A stretch of DNA of 64,000 nt from Eledone cirrhosa (GCA_964016885.1 OZ024753.1:44268001-44332000); one strand, 5' to 3'; positions 1-12,836 are shown, numbered from the stretch's first letter. The notes: generated from the letters alone by a model not told the origin. Numbers and translations: made by a program.

Positions 1-94
1 AATATATATATATATATATATATATGTAAATATATATGTGTGTGAGAGAGCGAGAGATCTATATTTACTACTACACTGTTTAAGGGTTAGTCCA

Positions 95-219
95 CCACAT
101 GATCCTGGCAGACAGAATAGGGAACACATTGCTCCGGTAGATGGCAAGGGAGAAATACTGGAACAACCACTCCCCACCACCACCATGGGGCTTATGCTTG
201 CAGGTAGCCAACTCTGTCC
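95..219 (-). mobile_element. Degenerate fragment of unclassified interspersed repeat family E
   Basis: cctggcagacagaatag...gcaagggaga...ggtagccaactctg aligns by eye with the copies at 25300-25580 (+), 45690-45776 and 60190-60420. Strand is relative to the 25300 copy. Confidence 0.55.
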
Positions 220-329
220 CAGTGGCCTAATTGTTAGGGTGTTGAACACTCGATCATAAACTTTTTGATTTGGGGACCTTATCATTAAAAGCACCTATGA
301 GTTTCCAACTAATAGAAAGCCAGCTAATC

Positions 330-505
330 CAATTCTCAGGGAGATCCTGTGGGATGCAGTGTGTGATAAGCTTGGCCCTTTGAAATACAAGCACAACACA
401 CAAGCAATGAGAAATAAAGTGTCTTTCTCAAGGACATAATGCATCAATGGCAATCAAACCCACAACCTTATGATCATAAGACAAACAGCCTGACCACTAA
501 GCTAC
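330..505 (-). mobile_element. tRNA-derived SINE (family D), degenerate
   Basis: ttctcagggagat...gtgtgataagcttggccctttgaaatacaag body shared with 59785-59922 and 29810-30086. tRNA-like head (revcomp gtagcttagtggtcagg...gtgggtttgatt) at the right end. Confidence 0.6.
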
Positions 506-533
506 TTAATTACCTTCACAATGGGATAGTTAA

Positions 534-940
534 CCCTTTAGTATTTACATTACTCTATATATATATTGTATTTTCGCTGTAAAGGCTTTATCTCACATAA
601 TTATTTCACATAATATTGAAACTATAAGATTTGATATTATTTATTTGGGAATTGGCAGTATCAGTAGAGGGTCGGACGCCATGCTTTGCAGCAAAGTGTT
701 ACGGCCCTTTATGGTTTGAGTTCAAATCCCGCATAGGTTAACTTTGCCTTTCATCCTTATGAGGTCGATAAAATAAAGTACCAGTAATACACTGGGATAA
801 TTGCTGGCCTTGTGCCAAAAGTAGAAACATTTATTTTCAGAGCATCAGTATGAGTGGCCAGTTACAGCTGGTTTGAACAGAAAGAGGTGAGAGAATTCTG
901 GCAGGATATGACCGGTTACTGCCGGTTTAAATGGTAAAAA
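534..940 (+). mobile_element. piggyBac-type MITE (family M1) interrupted by a SINE
   Basis: TTAA|CCCTTTAGTATTTACATTAC left end. Internal sequence matches the intact copy at 20949-21169 on both sides of the SINE at 647-829. Right TIR is decayed (gccggtttaaatggtaaa). Confidence 0.8.
647..829 (+). mobile_element. tRNA-derived SINE family A, near full length, nested in MITE M1
   Basis: A-box-like tggcagtatcagtag, B-box gagttcaaatccc, central ctttgcctttcatccttatgaggtcgataaaataaagtaccag (recalls the Meta/MESC SINE domain), tail ggccttgtgccaaaagtagaaac. Flanked by tttattt on both sides. Confidence 0.9.
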
Positions 941-1568
941 AAAATGACTGGAAATTTACAGACAACTTTGTCAATTTTTGTTAATTCTTCTCTGTATCAC
1001 ATTTTTCACTTCCAGTGGAGCAATGCCCTCTTGCTTTACATCAAATTGCTTCACTGACAGATCAATATATTGTTAGCACTGATTCACCAATTCCTTTAAC
1101 TTTAAATTGATTTATTCCATTTCACCCGAGGTCATTTTAATTTACTTTCAAATTCATTTTACCTTCAACTTTTGTAACATCTTTTTCACTTCCTATCAAT
1201 TTTTAAAAATCAATTTTTAATTTTATAATTTTTTCAAATTCTGTATGGTATAAATTTATAATGTCTCATATTTTCTTATCTTATTTGCCTCAGACAAACA
1301 AAAATGTTTTTTTACTGCCCACATAGCTCCTAAATATTACTTATTCATGACAATTTGTTCTTCATCTATCTTTAGCATCTAATGTTTATAATCAGGGTCC
1401 CATTGTCTAAATGTAGCAGGAGATTTGTTTGATGTAGGGGCAATGCTCGAAGAAGAGGTTCTATTCAGAAAGTCTTTTAAGTCTAAGGCAGTTGCTACTT
1501 ACCCTCTCCCTGAGAAATCTATGCTTGTGTTCATGTCACTCGTTTTAGCTTCTATCTTAACTCTCTAA

Positions 1569-1840
1569 TGTCTGTCTCAAGCCTAAAAGCTCATCAGGCT
1601 GGTGCTTATCCTGGTTTTCACGGTGTGAAGTGACTGAAATTACAAGACTTCTCCCGGGACAGGATGCCAGTCCATCACATTGTTAAATCTCCCAGCTACA
1701 GTTGGTATTTATTTTCTGCTGAATATAGTGAATCAATGTAAAATGAAGTCTTTTGCTCAAGAACACAACACACAACCCAACCCAGAAATCGAACCCACAA
1801 CATTATGATTGTAAGTCCAACACCCTTACCACTAGGCCTT
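1569..1840 (-). mobile_element. tRNA-derived SINE family C
   Basis: Revcomp reads ggcctagtggtaagggtgttggac...gggttcgatttctgg (A/B boxes), gtgttcttgagcaaaagacttc, gatggactggcatcctgtcc. Colinear with 4575-4863. Confidence 0.85.
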
Positions 1841-1924
1841 CATATCTTAACTGCATGTTGTAATAAATTAAATAACACTTTGTATTACAAATGCATCATG
1901 ATAAAATATATTATAATTCTAATA

Positions 1925-2245
1925 TAATTGTTTCTACCTTTGGCACAAGGCCAGCAATTATCCCAGTGCAATTATTTTATCGACCCCGTAAGGATGAAAG
2001 ACAAAATTAACCTCGGCGGGATTTGAACTCAGAACATAAAGGGCCATAACTCTATGCTGTAAAACATGGTGAATAAATAAGAATAAACAGTTGGTAGATT
2101 TTTTTCTTATTCTTTATTCTTATTCTTTAATTCTTTAAGGATGAAAGTCAAAGTTCAACCTCAGCAGGATTTGAACTCAGACCGTAAAGGGGTGTAACTC
2201 TGTGCTGCAAAGCATGTCGCCCGACTCTACCGATACTGCCAATCC
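1925..2245 (-). mobile_element. Two SINE family A copies (about 1925-2071 and 2136-2245)
   Basis: Both contain taaggatgaaag...aacctc(g/a)gc(g/a)ggatttgaactcag, the reverse complement of the family A core. Confidence 0.88.
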
Positions 2246-2918
2246 AATATCCATAGATATGTTTGTCTCTCTCTATTTTCGGAATATCTTCTTCCACTTA
2301 TATTTCAAGATCATGAAATTTAGTTGGTTTACATAAATTGGTTAGACTAAATTACATTTCTCTAATAAAATAACATAATACATGATTTTAACTTTGTATT
2401 CACTCCACTGTTCTGATTACAGAATACATTTCACTAGAGTAGAATAATATTTGTGCCATTCAACACCTCAATTTAAGTAGCTGGCAAATCTTAGACATGA
2501 TTAAAAATTTAATAACTAGATTTTTAAATGAAAATCTAGTGAAACGAGCTTAATGAAGTAAGTTTCAATTTCATCTGTGTGATTAATTTACCTAATGACT
2601 GAAAATGTAATATGAAATGGGTTAATTAGAATGACCTGCGATGTCAGAAATATGGTTAAACCAAATCTTAAATGTCTTTCGTTTCTTCATCAATGTCACT
2701 TCCTACCTCCCACCTCCATTGGAATTTTTAAAGGATTGGATTGGAACTTTACATTGTGCTGGTCACTTCAGTTCAAATGACATTGGTTCTATTTGAAGTT
2801 GTTCATATTAATTAAAGAATCTCTCAGAAATGGAAATACTATATGATATTTCATTTCCGAACAAATTTCATATTGTCTTCTCGAAGTGAAGACCAGATAG
2901 GATTTATAGTAATTTACT

Positions 2919-3079
<161 letters not shown>

Positions 3080-3148
3080 AAGGAAAAAAGATGAAATCGA
3101 AAATGCAACTGGAGTCTTTTTTTAAAAGAATATATATTTATTTGGTTC

Positions 3149-3184
3149 CTTTACCGGTTTCGCAGTTCTTCTGCTTTTCAAAAG
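3149..3184 (-). ncRNA. Minimal type I hammerhead ribozyme motif, U3:A8 variant (Penelope-like remnant)
   Basis: Minus strand: CTT|TTGAAAA|GCAG-aagaa-CTGC|GAAA|CCGG|TA|AAG. Perfect 4-bp stem II, palindromic stem III (ACCGGT), GUA cleavage triplet, 3-bp stem I. Confidence 0.5.
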
Positions 3185-3388
3185 TAGAGTTGAGATGGAG
3201 GGTTTGTAGTTTTTCTCACAAATATATATATATATATATAGTAATAATAATAAATTTGAAGACTAAAATCCAAAGAGGGCTCAATAAGGATAAATATATA
3301 TCAAATATATAAAAACCGTAGAGTTTCAGAAGATCCCGTTAAGGGTGAAAGCAGCGATTCTTTGCTTAAACTTTAATCTGTTATTTTA

Positions 3389-3427
<39 letters not shown>

Positions 3428-3961
3428 CATCACCATTTAACCTCCATTTTACCACACTAGCATATATATATGTATATAATATACTCTCTCTCTCTCTCTC
3501 TCTAGTGTATAATTACTGATTTCAATTCTGATGTTATATATATCTGTTTCATTAATCTCTTTGATACTACTCTACTTGAGACCACCGTCCTTCCTTCTAT
3601 GATAAAAATCTATCTATTTTGAGGTATTTATATGTAAGTTTAAAGCCTATATCATAACTTTATGCCAGTATCAGAACCTTTTGTTAAGTTATGTCCTAAG
3701 CTGTAGTTCAATAACAATAAAGAAGGTAGTTACGTCATTAAATCTTTTGAAATTCTTGATTACTTTTAAATTAATTGAAATTCAAAACAACTGTTGTTGC
3801 TGTTGGCAGAAATAGGAGATAATATGAAGCATAATGAATGAGAGAATATGGAATAAAAGTGGGGTTGGATTTGTCAAGGAGCAGGTTTGGGGGTGAATGC
3901 CCTGATCCTTCATCCACTCAGGTCTTAATCCAATCCTGAATAGAAGTAGGGCTGGATTTGT

Positions 3962-4405
3962 CATGACCCAACCTTCTCATTCTATTTCTCTCCACAACAC
4001 TCATCAGTAGCTCTATTTCTATCATCCTCTCACCCAGTCACATTAATCCTTCCTCAACACATGACCTAACCCTCTCATTCTATTTCTCTCCACAACACTC
4101 ATCAGTAACTCTGTTTCTATCATACTCTCACCCAGTCGCATTAATCCTTCCTCAACACACGACCTAACCCTCTCATTCTATTTCTCTCCACAACACTCAT
4201 CAGTAACTCTGTTTCTATCATACTCTCACCCAGTCGCATTAATCCTTCCTCAACACATGACCTAACCTTCTCATTCTATTTCTCGCCACAAAACTCATCA
4301 GTAGCTCTATTTCCATCATCCTCTGCAATTCATTGTCTTTCTCTCTGAACAAAACTCCAGCCATCCCTTGACTCATTCTCTATGCTTAAAGAATATTTTC
4401 ATCTT
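3962..4405 (-). mobile_element. Degenerate RTE-type LINE ORF2 fragment carrying a 98-bp tandem amplification (about 3.6 copies, 3962-4324)
   Basis: Unit starts at 3963, 4061, 4159, 4257. Minus-strand translation GMAGVLFREKDNELQRMMEIELLMSFVARNRMRRLGHVLRKD resembles the RTE 'RLRWxGHVxR' motif. Stops present. Confidence 0.7.
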
Positions 4406-4574
4406 TCAACACTAACCTTAGAATAAGGAACTTATTTTTATCAATCAGCCATACCTGTGGCCATTTCTCAGAAAACGATTTTCTATTAAAATGATGCAGC
4501 ATTTTTCAAAGAATCAATTTAACATTTACAAGAAAGAAGACTGCAAGAAAAACTGAAATATCTCTCTGCTGATA

Positions 4575-4863
4575 GTAAGTAAAAGTAAAAGTCTGTCTTA
4601 AGCCAGAAGGTTCATTTGGCCAGTGCTTATCCCGGTTTTATGTCATGAAGCGACTGAGAGTACAAGACTTACCACTGGACAAGACACCAGTCCATCACAG
4701 GGTTAAACCCCCAGCTATTACTGGTATGCATTGTCAGCTGAGTATATTGGAGCAACGTGAAATGAAGTGTTTTGCTCAAGAACACAATACGCAACCCAGC
4801 CAGAAATCAAACCCACAGCATTATGATTGTAAGCCCAAAACCCTTACCACTAGGCCACATGAC
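4575..4863 (-). mobile_element. tRNA-derived SINE family C, full length
   Basis: Revcomp head gtggcctagtggtaagggttttggg...gggtttgatttctgg, CORE-like gtgttcttgagcaaaacacttc, gatggactggtgtcttgtccag, tail acagacttttacttttactt. Confidence 0.88.
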
Positions 4864-5614
4864 TGACACCTCTCTGCTAAAAAGTGGCTTGAATACTTGA
4901 GACAAATTCTTCTCTGATACGCTGCTTTTAAAAAGAGGATAGTAAATTTGCGACTGGTCAAAGGTTATGTTAACATAGGAAAACAATATCTCGTGTAAGC
5001 TTCTAGAACACTAAGAATAACTAAGGGATTTTGAAAGTTGTATTAAAATATTGTTAATTTGTGATATATAAATATATATATATATGTATATATAATTACT
5101 GCAAGGCAGTGTGAAGTAATGTGAAAATGATATAAATACAAGCTTAAGTAGGTAATAAAGCCAGAAACAAATTAAGTAGGTAACAAAGTTAGTGATTAAA
5201 AAAAGATATTTTTAGTGTGTATAGAATGTCTAACAATATGTTTCATGACAAAATGATCATGAAAATGTCATTATTCATCAAACAATATAATTATTTTGGT
5301 GACAAAATACATGAATTATTCATGTATATATATATCGAGAGAGAGATTTGTTATAACACTACATTCAAGAGAGAAATGCAGTTGTATGTAGAAGCAATTG
5401 ATTAGATTATCCTTATTATTATCATGATTATTATTTTTATTATTATTATTGTTGTTGTTCTTAAAGTCATTCCCCTGGCAGATGTTATACTGAGACTTTA
5501 CCAAAATAGTGAACCATAGCCAATGGGCAAATATCCTTTGGGACATTCGTTCTCTTTCAATATTCTAACATCTTCCTTAGAATCTTTGCTGCTTTCTACA
5601 ACAATCCCATCCTG

Positions 5615-5650
<36 letters not shown>

Positions 5651-5654
<4 letters not shown>

Positions 5655-6240
5655 TGAGTTCAAATCCCGCCGAGGGTAACTTTACCTTTCATCCTTACGG
5701 GGTCGATAGAATAAAGTACCAGTAATGCATTGGGTTATTGCTGGCCTTGTGCCAAAAGTAGAAACAATTATTATTATTATTATTACTCTTATTGTAAACC
5801 CCCGCTGTCCCTGTCTTTGTATTGTCCCCTATGTGTTGGCCCTTGTGGCCAATAAATGAAATCATTATTATTATTATGATCCGAGTTAGGGCGGTGGAGT
5901 GGCAGTATCGGTAGAGAGTCGGACACCATGCTTTGAAGCATAGAGTTACATCCCTTTATGATCTGAGTTCAAATCCCGCCAAAGTTAACTTTGTCTTTCA
6001 TCCTTACGGGGTCGATAAAATAACGTACCAGTAATGTACTGGGGTAATTGCTGGTCTTGTGCCAAAAGTAGAAATAATTATTATGGTCCAAGTTCAAATC
6101 CCGCCGAGGTCAACTCTGTCTTTCATCCTTACGGGGTCGACAAGATAAAGTACCAGTAATGCACTGGGGTTGTTTTAATCGACTTTACCCTCCCCAAAAT
6201 TGCTGGCCTTGTGCCTAAATCAGAAATCATTATTATTATT
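5651..6240 (+). mobile_element. Cluster of three SINE family A copies (about 5651-5775, 5888-6083, 6084-6240) plus a separate retroelement 3' tail (about 5790-5878)
   Basis: Three occurrences of gttcaaatcccgcc...tttcatccttacggggtcga...taccagtaatg, each ending in (ATT)n. The intervening piece ends ggcccttgtggccaataaatgaaatcattatt. Confidence 0.9.
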
Positions 6241-6486
6241 ATTGTTATTTGAATTGTTGATAATTTATATCTCATTAGTAGTACTCCATTGTGAGACTCA
6301 TTTTTAGAATGACAGATATAGAAGAGATTTAGATGAGTTGATTTATTATTTTATTATTTTACCAGTCAAGTATTGGGGGTAGATATAATAAACTTCAACA
6401 TATTGTTGGACTTCTGCTTAAATTAGAAATTATTATTTTACTGATTTCAGAAAATATTATTGAGTCATAAACAAATCTATTTCAAA

Positions 6487-6627
6487 TAACTGTTACTGCT
6501 TTTGGCACAAGGCCAGCAATTACGCCCAGTGCATTACTGGTACTTTATTTTATCGACCTCGTAAGGATGAAAGGCAAAGTTAACCTCGGCGGGATTGGAA
6601 CTCAGAATGGCAAGGGCCGTAACTCTA
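6487..6627 (-). mobile_element. SINE family A, 5'-truncated
   Basis: ttttggcacaaggccagcaatt...cgtaaggatgaaaggcaaagttaacctcggcgggatt. Confidence 0.9.
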
Positions 6628-6779
6628 TTTCAAATAACAACAACACTATAGATATTTAAAAACGGTAACTAAAGGGAATGGAAGGGCTCTAGGGTCACAG
6701 AAGAATCGGATAGGGAAGAGGTTGGGTGGTGGGTTCTAGGTCTAGGGTGCTGCGATGTTAGTTATATTACTAAATCCCT

Positions 6780-6856
6780 TCAAATATTTGTTCACTTTGA
6801 AAATTATTTGAAAATCTTTGTCAATATCTTTCATTAGATATATGATAATAAAAGGG
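6780..6856 (-). mobile_element. Terminal fragment of piggyBac-type MITE family M2
   Basis: Ends tttcattagatatatgataataaaaggg|TTAA, matching the termini of 40910-41140 and 54314-54566. Confidence 0.55.
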
Positions 6857-7127
6857 TTAATATCATGATAAAATGGAGGGAAATCATAGTTTGTCGTGTT
6901 ATCATTGTAGTGTATAATTTGAGGTGATAATATGTCATGCCACTACTAGAGTGATATATGTGAGGTTGTAGCATATTATGATATCATAATGATATATATG
7001 AGATGGGAGCGTATTATGATACCATAATGATATAAGGGGTGAAAGATTAAAGTGTATATTGTCAATATCAGGATATATATTAATCAATTAGTAGATAAGG
7101 TAACTCTGAAATATAGTCTGTGGAGTT

Positions 7128-7144
7128 TATACACACTCACATAT

Positions 7145-7188
<44 letters not shown>

Positions 7189-7533
7189 ATACATCCATAT
7201 ATATATATATATACACACATACACACATTCATATATATATATATAAATATACATGTATATATACATACACATACATACATACAAACATTCATATATTTAT
7301 ATATATATATATACATGTATATACACACACATTCATATATATAATTACATATATACATATATACATATATACATACATATATGCATACATACATATATGC
7401 ATACATAAATGCATACAAACATACATCTATATATACATTCTCACATACAGACATATATACACATACACACATGTACATATGCATTCACCCCACACACACA
7501 AACACACATTACATACACACATTACATACACAC
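7128..7533. repeat. Degenerate (TA)n/(TACA)n/(CA)n microsatellite
   Basis: Direct reading. Confidence 0.95.
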
Positions 7534-7653
7534 AGCTTAGCTGTTCTATTATATCCTTAATACATCTCTTTCTACTAATAATTATTATATTCCTTTTATC
7601 CTAGTATATTGCAAACGAGATGACATTCTATAAATTAACACGTTACTTGTCAG

Positions 7654-7734
7654 ACAATATGTGCAAGGACCTGATATGGATAAGATACCAGAGAATTGCC
7701 TTCCTAAAGGAAATAGACTGAAGGGGAAAAAGCA
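7654..7734 (+). CDS. Candidate internal exon (81 nt, phase 2-2) of an unidentified gene
   Basis: ttacttgtcAG acceptor, GTAAGT donor, open frame QYVQGPDMDKIPENCLPKGNRLKGKK in unique, more GC-rich sequence. No homology recognised. Confidence 0.45.
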
Positions 7735-7969
7735 GTAAGTTAGTTATGAGAAATAAAACCCACATGGGTCTGTTCTATGGATTCGTTATTCCTGAGGTTT
7801 TAATGAAGCAACGTAAAGTAAAATCTCTCTCTTTCCTATTTCAATTCATTTCTATCCATTTTCTAAAGATCTGCTATCAATAATCTGACAGAACTAATGA
7901 AATTTAGATGAAATTTACTCTCAACGTGTCACTCCAAGTGTCAGTGAGGAAATCTTTAGCAAAGAAAAG

Positions 7970-8018
<49 letters not shown>

Positions 8019-8077
8019 TGTGTGTGTGTGTATGCATGCATGTGTATAAGTCTCTTTCACTATATATATAAATACAC

Positions 8078-8188
8078 ACGCTGAGGAGATGACGAAGGAC
8101 TGTGACAAGTGGAGAGATGCTGTGCTGAATAGGACCCGTCCAACCCTTGCAAGCAGGGAAAAGCGGACATAAAAGGATGATGATGAGG
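8078..8188 (+). mobile_element. 5'-truncated RTE LINE 3' end
   Basis: Translates EEMTKDCDKWRDAVLNRTRPTLASREKRT* (RTE C-terminal DRxxWR-type motif), followed by a (GAT)n tail. Confidence 0.75.
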
Positions 8189-8789
8189 ATATATATAGCT
8201 TAACTTATACCAAAATCTCTGAAAAGGGAGGAAAATACAGACCAAACTGACTGATACAAAGGAGTTTCACTCACATCATATCCCTAACTGCAGAAACAAC
8301 TGATGTCTTGCTGATGTGGTTTCATGTCGTTTGCTAACTAAAATGTTTATAGTATCATTACTAATGGACAGATCTCTTAATGTGAATCAGTTTAAATATA
8401 AATTGTTACTTTTCAAAAATATTTGCTGATGTGGCTTCATGTGGAAGAGGATCTTAAGAGTTTGAAATGTTTTGTTGTATAATTGATTATATTTTTACGC
8501 TTCCAAAACTATGGATACGTGTTCCATCTGAGTTTACACATAGAATGGTAATTCTACAGGATTAATATTTTGTTTAAACAACAACAACAACAACAACAAC
8601 AACATGAATGTAAGAGAAGCTGCTTCTTAATGTATTCTAGCATGAAATTGGAGTAAATTAGAGCTCTCTGCAAATCTCCTGAGGATGGTAGAAATCGGAT
8701 TATAGAAGGTAAAGTCTCTGTTCTAGACAATCTTGGTAAATTTTATGTCACTTTGGTCACTCCTTAGAGACATACTAGACGTTATCATG

Positions 8790-10802
8790 GTCACTACTAT
8801 GACCAACACCTACACTACTACCACCAACACCCCCTACTACTAATGCTACTACCACCACCTTCACTACTACCACCAACACCATCAACACCACTACTAATGC
8901 TACTACCACCAACACAAACACCCCCCACTACCACTACTACTACTACTACTAATGCTACTACCTCGACCATCATCACTACCAACAACACTATTACTCCTGC
9001 TACTACATCCACCACCACCACCACCACTACTACTACTGCTACTACATCCACCACCACCATCACCACTACTACTGCTACTACATCCACCACCACCACCACC
9101 AACACTACCACTACTACTAATGCTACTACCTCCACCACCATCACTACCACCACCACCACCAACACTACCACTACTACTAATGCTACTACCTCCACCACCA
9201 TCACTACCACCACCATCACTACCACCACCACCACCAACACTACCACCACCACGACCATCACTACCACCACCACCACCAACACTACCACCACCACTACCAC
9301 TACTACTAATGCTACTACCTCCACCACCATCACTACCACCACCATCACTACCACCACCACCACCAACACTACCACCACCACGACCATCACTACCACCACC
9401 ACCACCAACACTACCACCACCACTACCACTACTACTAATGCTACTACCTCCACCACCATCACTACCACCACCATCACTACCACCACCAACACTACCACTA
9501 CTACTACCACCACTGCTACTGCTGCTGATTTTGCCACTACTGTCATCATCATCATCAACATCATCATCATTACCATCATCTCTAATATCAACGCAATGAC
9601 CATTATCACTTCACCCATTGTCATCAGCATTGTTATTGTTGTCATGACCACTGTCACCATCACTACCACCACCACCACCATCACCACAACCACCAGTATC
9701 ATCACCACCATCACCACCACCATCACCAACATCATCACCACCACCACCACCATCACCACCACCATCACCAACATCATCACCACCATCACCACCATCACCA
9801 CCACCATCACCATCACCACCATCACCACCACCATCACCACCACCATCACCACCACCACCATCACCACCATCACCACCACCATCACCACCACCATCACCAC
9901 CACCACCATCACCACCATCACCACCACCATCACCATCACCAACACCACCATCACCACCATCACCAACATCATCACCACCACCACCACCACCACCACCATC
10001 ACCACCATCACCACCACCATCACCATCATCACCATCACCACCATCACCACCACCATCACCATCACCACCATCACCACCATCACCACCACCATCACCATCA
10101 CCATCACCACCACCACCATCACCACCATCACCACCATCACCATCACCACCATCACCACCATCATCACCACCACCACCATCATCACCATCACCACCACCAT
10201 CACCATTACCACCATCACCAACATCATCACCACCACCATCACCACCGCCACCATCACCACCACCATCACCATCACCATCACCATCACCACCACCATCACC
10301 ATCACCACCACCACCATCACCATCACCACCATCACCACCACCATCACCATCACCACCACCATCACCAACACCATCACCATCACCATCATCACCACCATCA
10401 TCCCCATCACCATCATCATCACCACCACCATCACCACCACCACCATCGCCACCATCACCACCACCATCACCACCACCACCACCATCACACCACCATCACC
10501 AACATCATCACCACCACCATCACCACCACCACCACCACCACCATCACCATCACCACCATCACCACCACCACCACCACCACCATCACCATCACCACCATCA
10601 CCACCACCATCACCATCACCATCACCAACACCATCACCATCACCATCATCACCACCATCATCCCCATCACCATCATCACCATCACCACCACCATCACCAT
10701 CACCACCTTCACCAACATCTTCACCATCATCACCACCACCATCATCATCATTATACTCACCATTACTACAAGAGCATCACCCCATTATTATCATCATCAT
10801 CA
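8790..10802. repeat. 2-kb cryptic trinucleotide repeat (ACT/ACC grading into CAC/CAT)
   Basis: Direct reading. Contains internal higher-order duplications (about 9110-9500) and one register shift near 10488. Confidence 0.97.
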
Positions 10803-11209
10803 TTTTGCAGAAGTTTCTTCTGAGTTCCATTTTCCCCTCAGTCCTTGGCCCAAACCCCCCCCTCCCCCAAATCATATCAACTTTTTCAACTAACACTATA
10901 TATTGTCTTTTAGTGATATCTACAGAGGCATCAAGTTTGGTTAGTGTTTAGACTTTGATGAAGAATGTGTTGAAAATGGTGCAGACATATATATTGGCAG
11001 CTGCAGTGCTTGTTTTATTATCTTCAAATGTATTTTTAACGCTAAGGATCTTATCTGTTCTTTAGCTGAGTGTTTACACAAAAGTAGGAAGAAAAAGGTG
11101 GGAGATTATTGCCTTGAGAAGAGAGCTAACCATTTACTATTTGGTTTTGGTTTTGGTTGGTAATTTGTCAGTAAAGAAATGTAATAACCACCATCATCAT
11201 TATCATCAT

Positions 11210-11960
11210 GCTACTGGCCCCATGTAACCCAGTACAACCTGCATTTTGGTGAAGTCGTCAGTGACTAAACTGGCTCAGCTGACCCACCAGACCCTGGTCT
11301 AGTCAAGCCAGGCCCCCCAGGTCTAGTCAGGCCAGGCCTGCTACTGGTACCGTGTAACCCAGTACAACCTGCATCTTGGTCAAGTGGTCAGTGACTAAAC
11401 TGGCTCAGTTGACCCGCCAGATGCTGGTCTAGTCAGGCCAGGCCCCCCCAGGTCTAGTCAGGCCAGGCCTGCTACTGGTACCATATAACCCAGTACAACC
11501 TGCATCTTGGTCAAGTGGTCAGTGACTAAACTGGCTCAGCTGACCCACTAGATGCTGGTCTAGTCAGGCCAGCCCCCCCCCCCCGGTCTAGTCAGGCCAG
11601 GCCTGCTACTGGTACCATATAACCCAGTACAACCTGCATCTTGGTCAAGTGGTCAGTGACTAAACTGGCTCAGCTGACCCGCCAGACGCTGGTCTAGTCA
11701 GGCCAGGCCTGCTACTGGTACCATATAACCCAGTACAACCTGCATCTTGGTCAAGTGGTCAGTGACTAAACTGGCTCAGCTGACCCACCAGACTCTGGTC
11801 TGGTGAGGAGGTTAAGTGGAACCCCAGCAGCACAAAAAACAAGAGTTGTTAAAAGGGCAGATGAACTCCTCAGCATCAATGGCCATTCACCCCAACTATA
11901 GGTTAAATAGCCTCACTAACCTGTAATTGGCTAAGCATGGTGAGTACAGCTACACCGCTG
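11210..11960. repeat. About 130-bp GC-rich minisatellite (about 4.7 copies, 11210-11800) continuing into TE-like sequence
   Basis: ctactgg unit starts at 11211, 11341, 11472, 11606, 11712. Variable C-run and an internal 20-bp sub-duplication (ggtctagtcaggccaggcc). Confidence 0.9.
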
Positions 11961-12314
11961 ACATGACAAAAGCCAAACAGAAAGTGGGGGAGGTCAAGCA
12001 GAGAAGGATTCCTTCAACAGAAGTGGGAAGGTCTTAGACCATTCACATCATAAACGGTTTCATATAGGAGACCTTTTTTTCATACACTATATATATATAT
12101 ATATATATGCTCCATATATATAACAATTAACTTTATATCTTGATAAGTTCCATGATGGATGAAAACACTAGAGTCAAATTTTAAACAATGTTTTATTGTT
12201 ATATAGTTATATATTTTTGATTCAAGTGATAAATAGCATTTTATTACTTTTTCTGACAATGATACATTATTAATATATTATTCTGTACACTACCGAAGAC
12301 ATTTATACCTATAA

Positions 12315-12324
12315 ACACATATAT

Positions 12325-12414
<90 letters not shown>

Positions 12415-12415
12415 G

Positions 12416-12510
<95 letters not shown>

Positions 12511-12578
12511 CAGTGGTGCTGATAGATGCTCATCCTCACTTAATCTCTCTCTCATGCTCTTCCTGTCTCTTTCTCTTG

Positions 12579-12648
<70 letters not shown>
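12315..12648. repeat. (TA)n and (CT)n microsatellites
   Basis: Direct reading. Confidence 0.95.
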
Positions 12649-12654
<6 letters not shown>

Positions 12655-12836
12655 AGACAGGCAGGTAGAAACAATCTATGCAAGCAAATATTTATTTGAA
12701 ATCAATAAATTCATATTTACCGTTCATATTCGAATGAAACATGCTTAAAATACTGGAACAAATTTCTTTCCATTTTGTTTTACTCTCATTTCACATCTAT
12801 ATAATGGTTTAATTCCTTTTTCTATTGCTTTTATAG

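Noticed and set aside
1391-1568. Short open frames here and at 10945-11163 as exons
   Set aside because: About 60-70 codons without convincing paired splice sites or recognisable homology.
3985-4010. CTGATGA...GAAA on the minus strand in each 98-bp unit
   Set aside because: No stem II pairing (GTGTTGTGGAGA); the sequence is explained as RTE coding remnant.
5888-5985. tRNA genes at A-box/B-box motifs
   Set aside because: They are SINE heads continuing into SINE core and tail; no complete cloverleaf.
8818-10951. 556-aa and 702-aa ORFs as real genes (mucin or membrane protein)
   Set aside because: Pure CAC/CAT/ACT repeat that is stop-free on both strands by composition, with an internal register shift and no domain or clear splice context.
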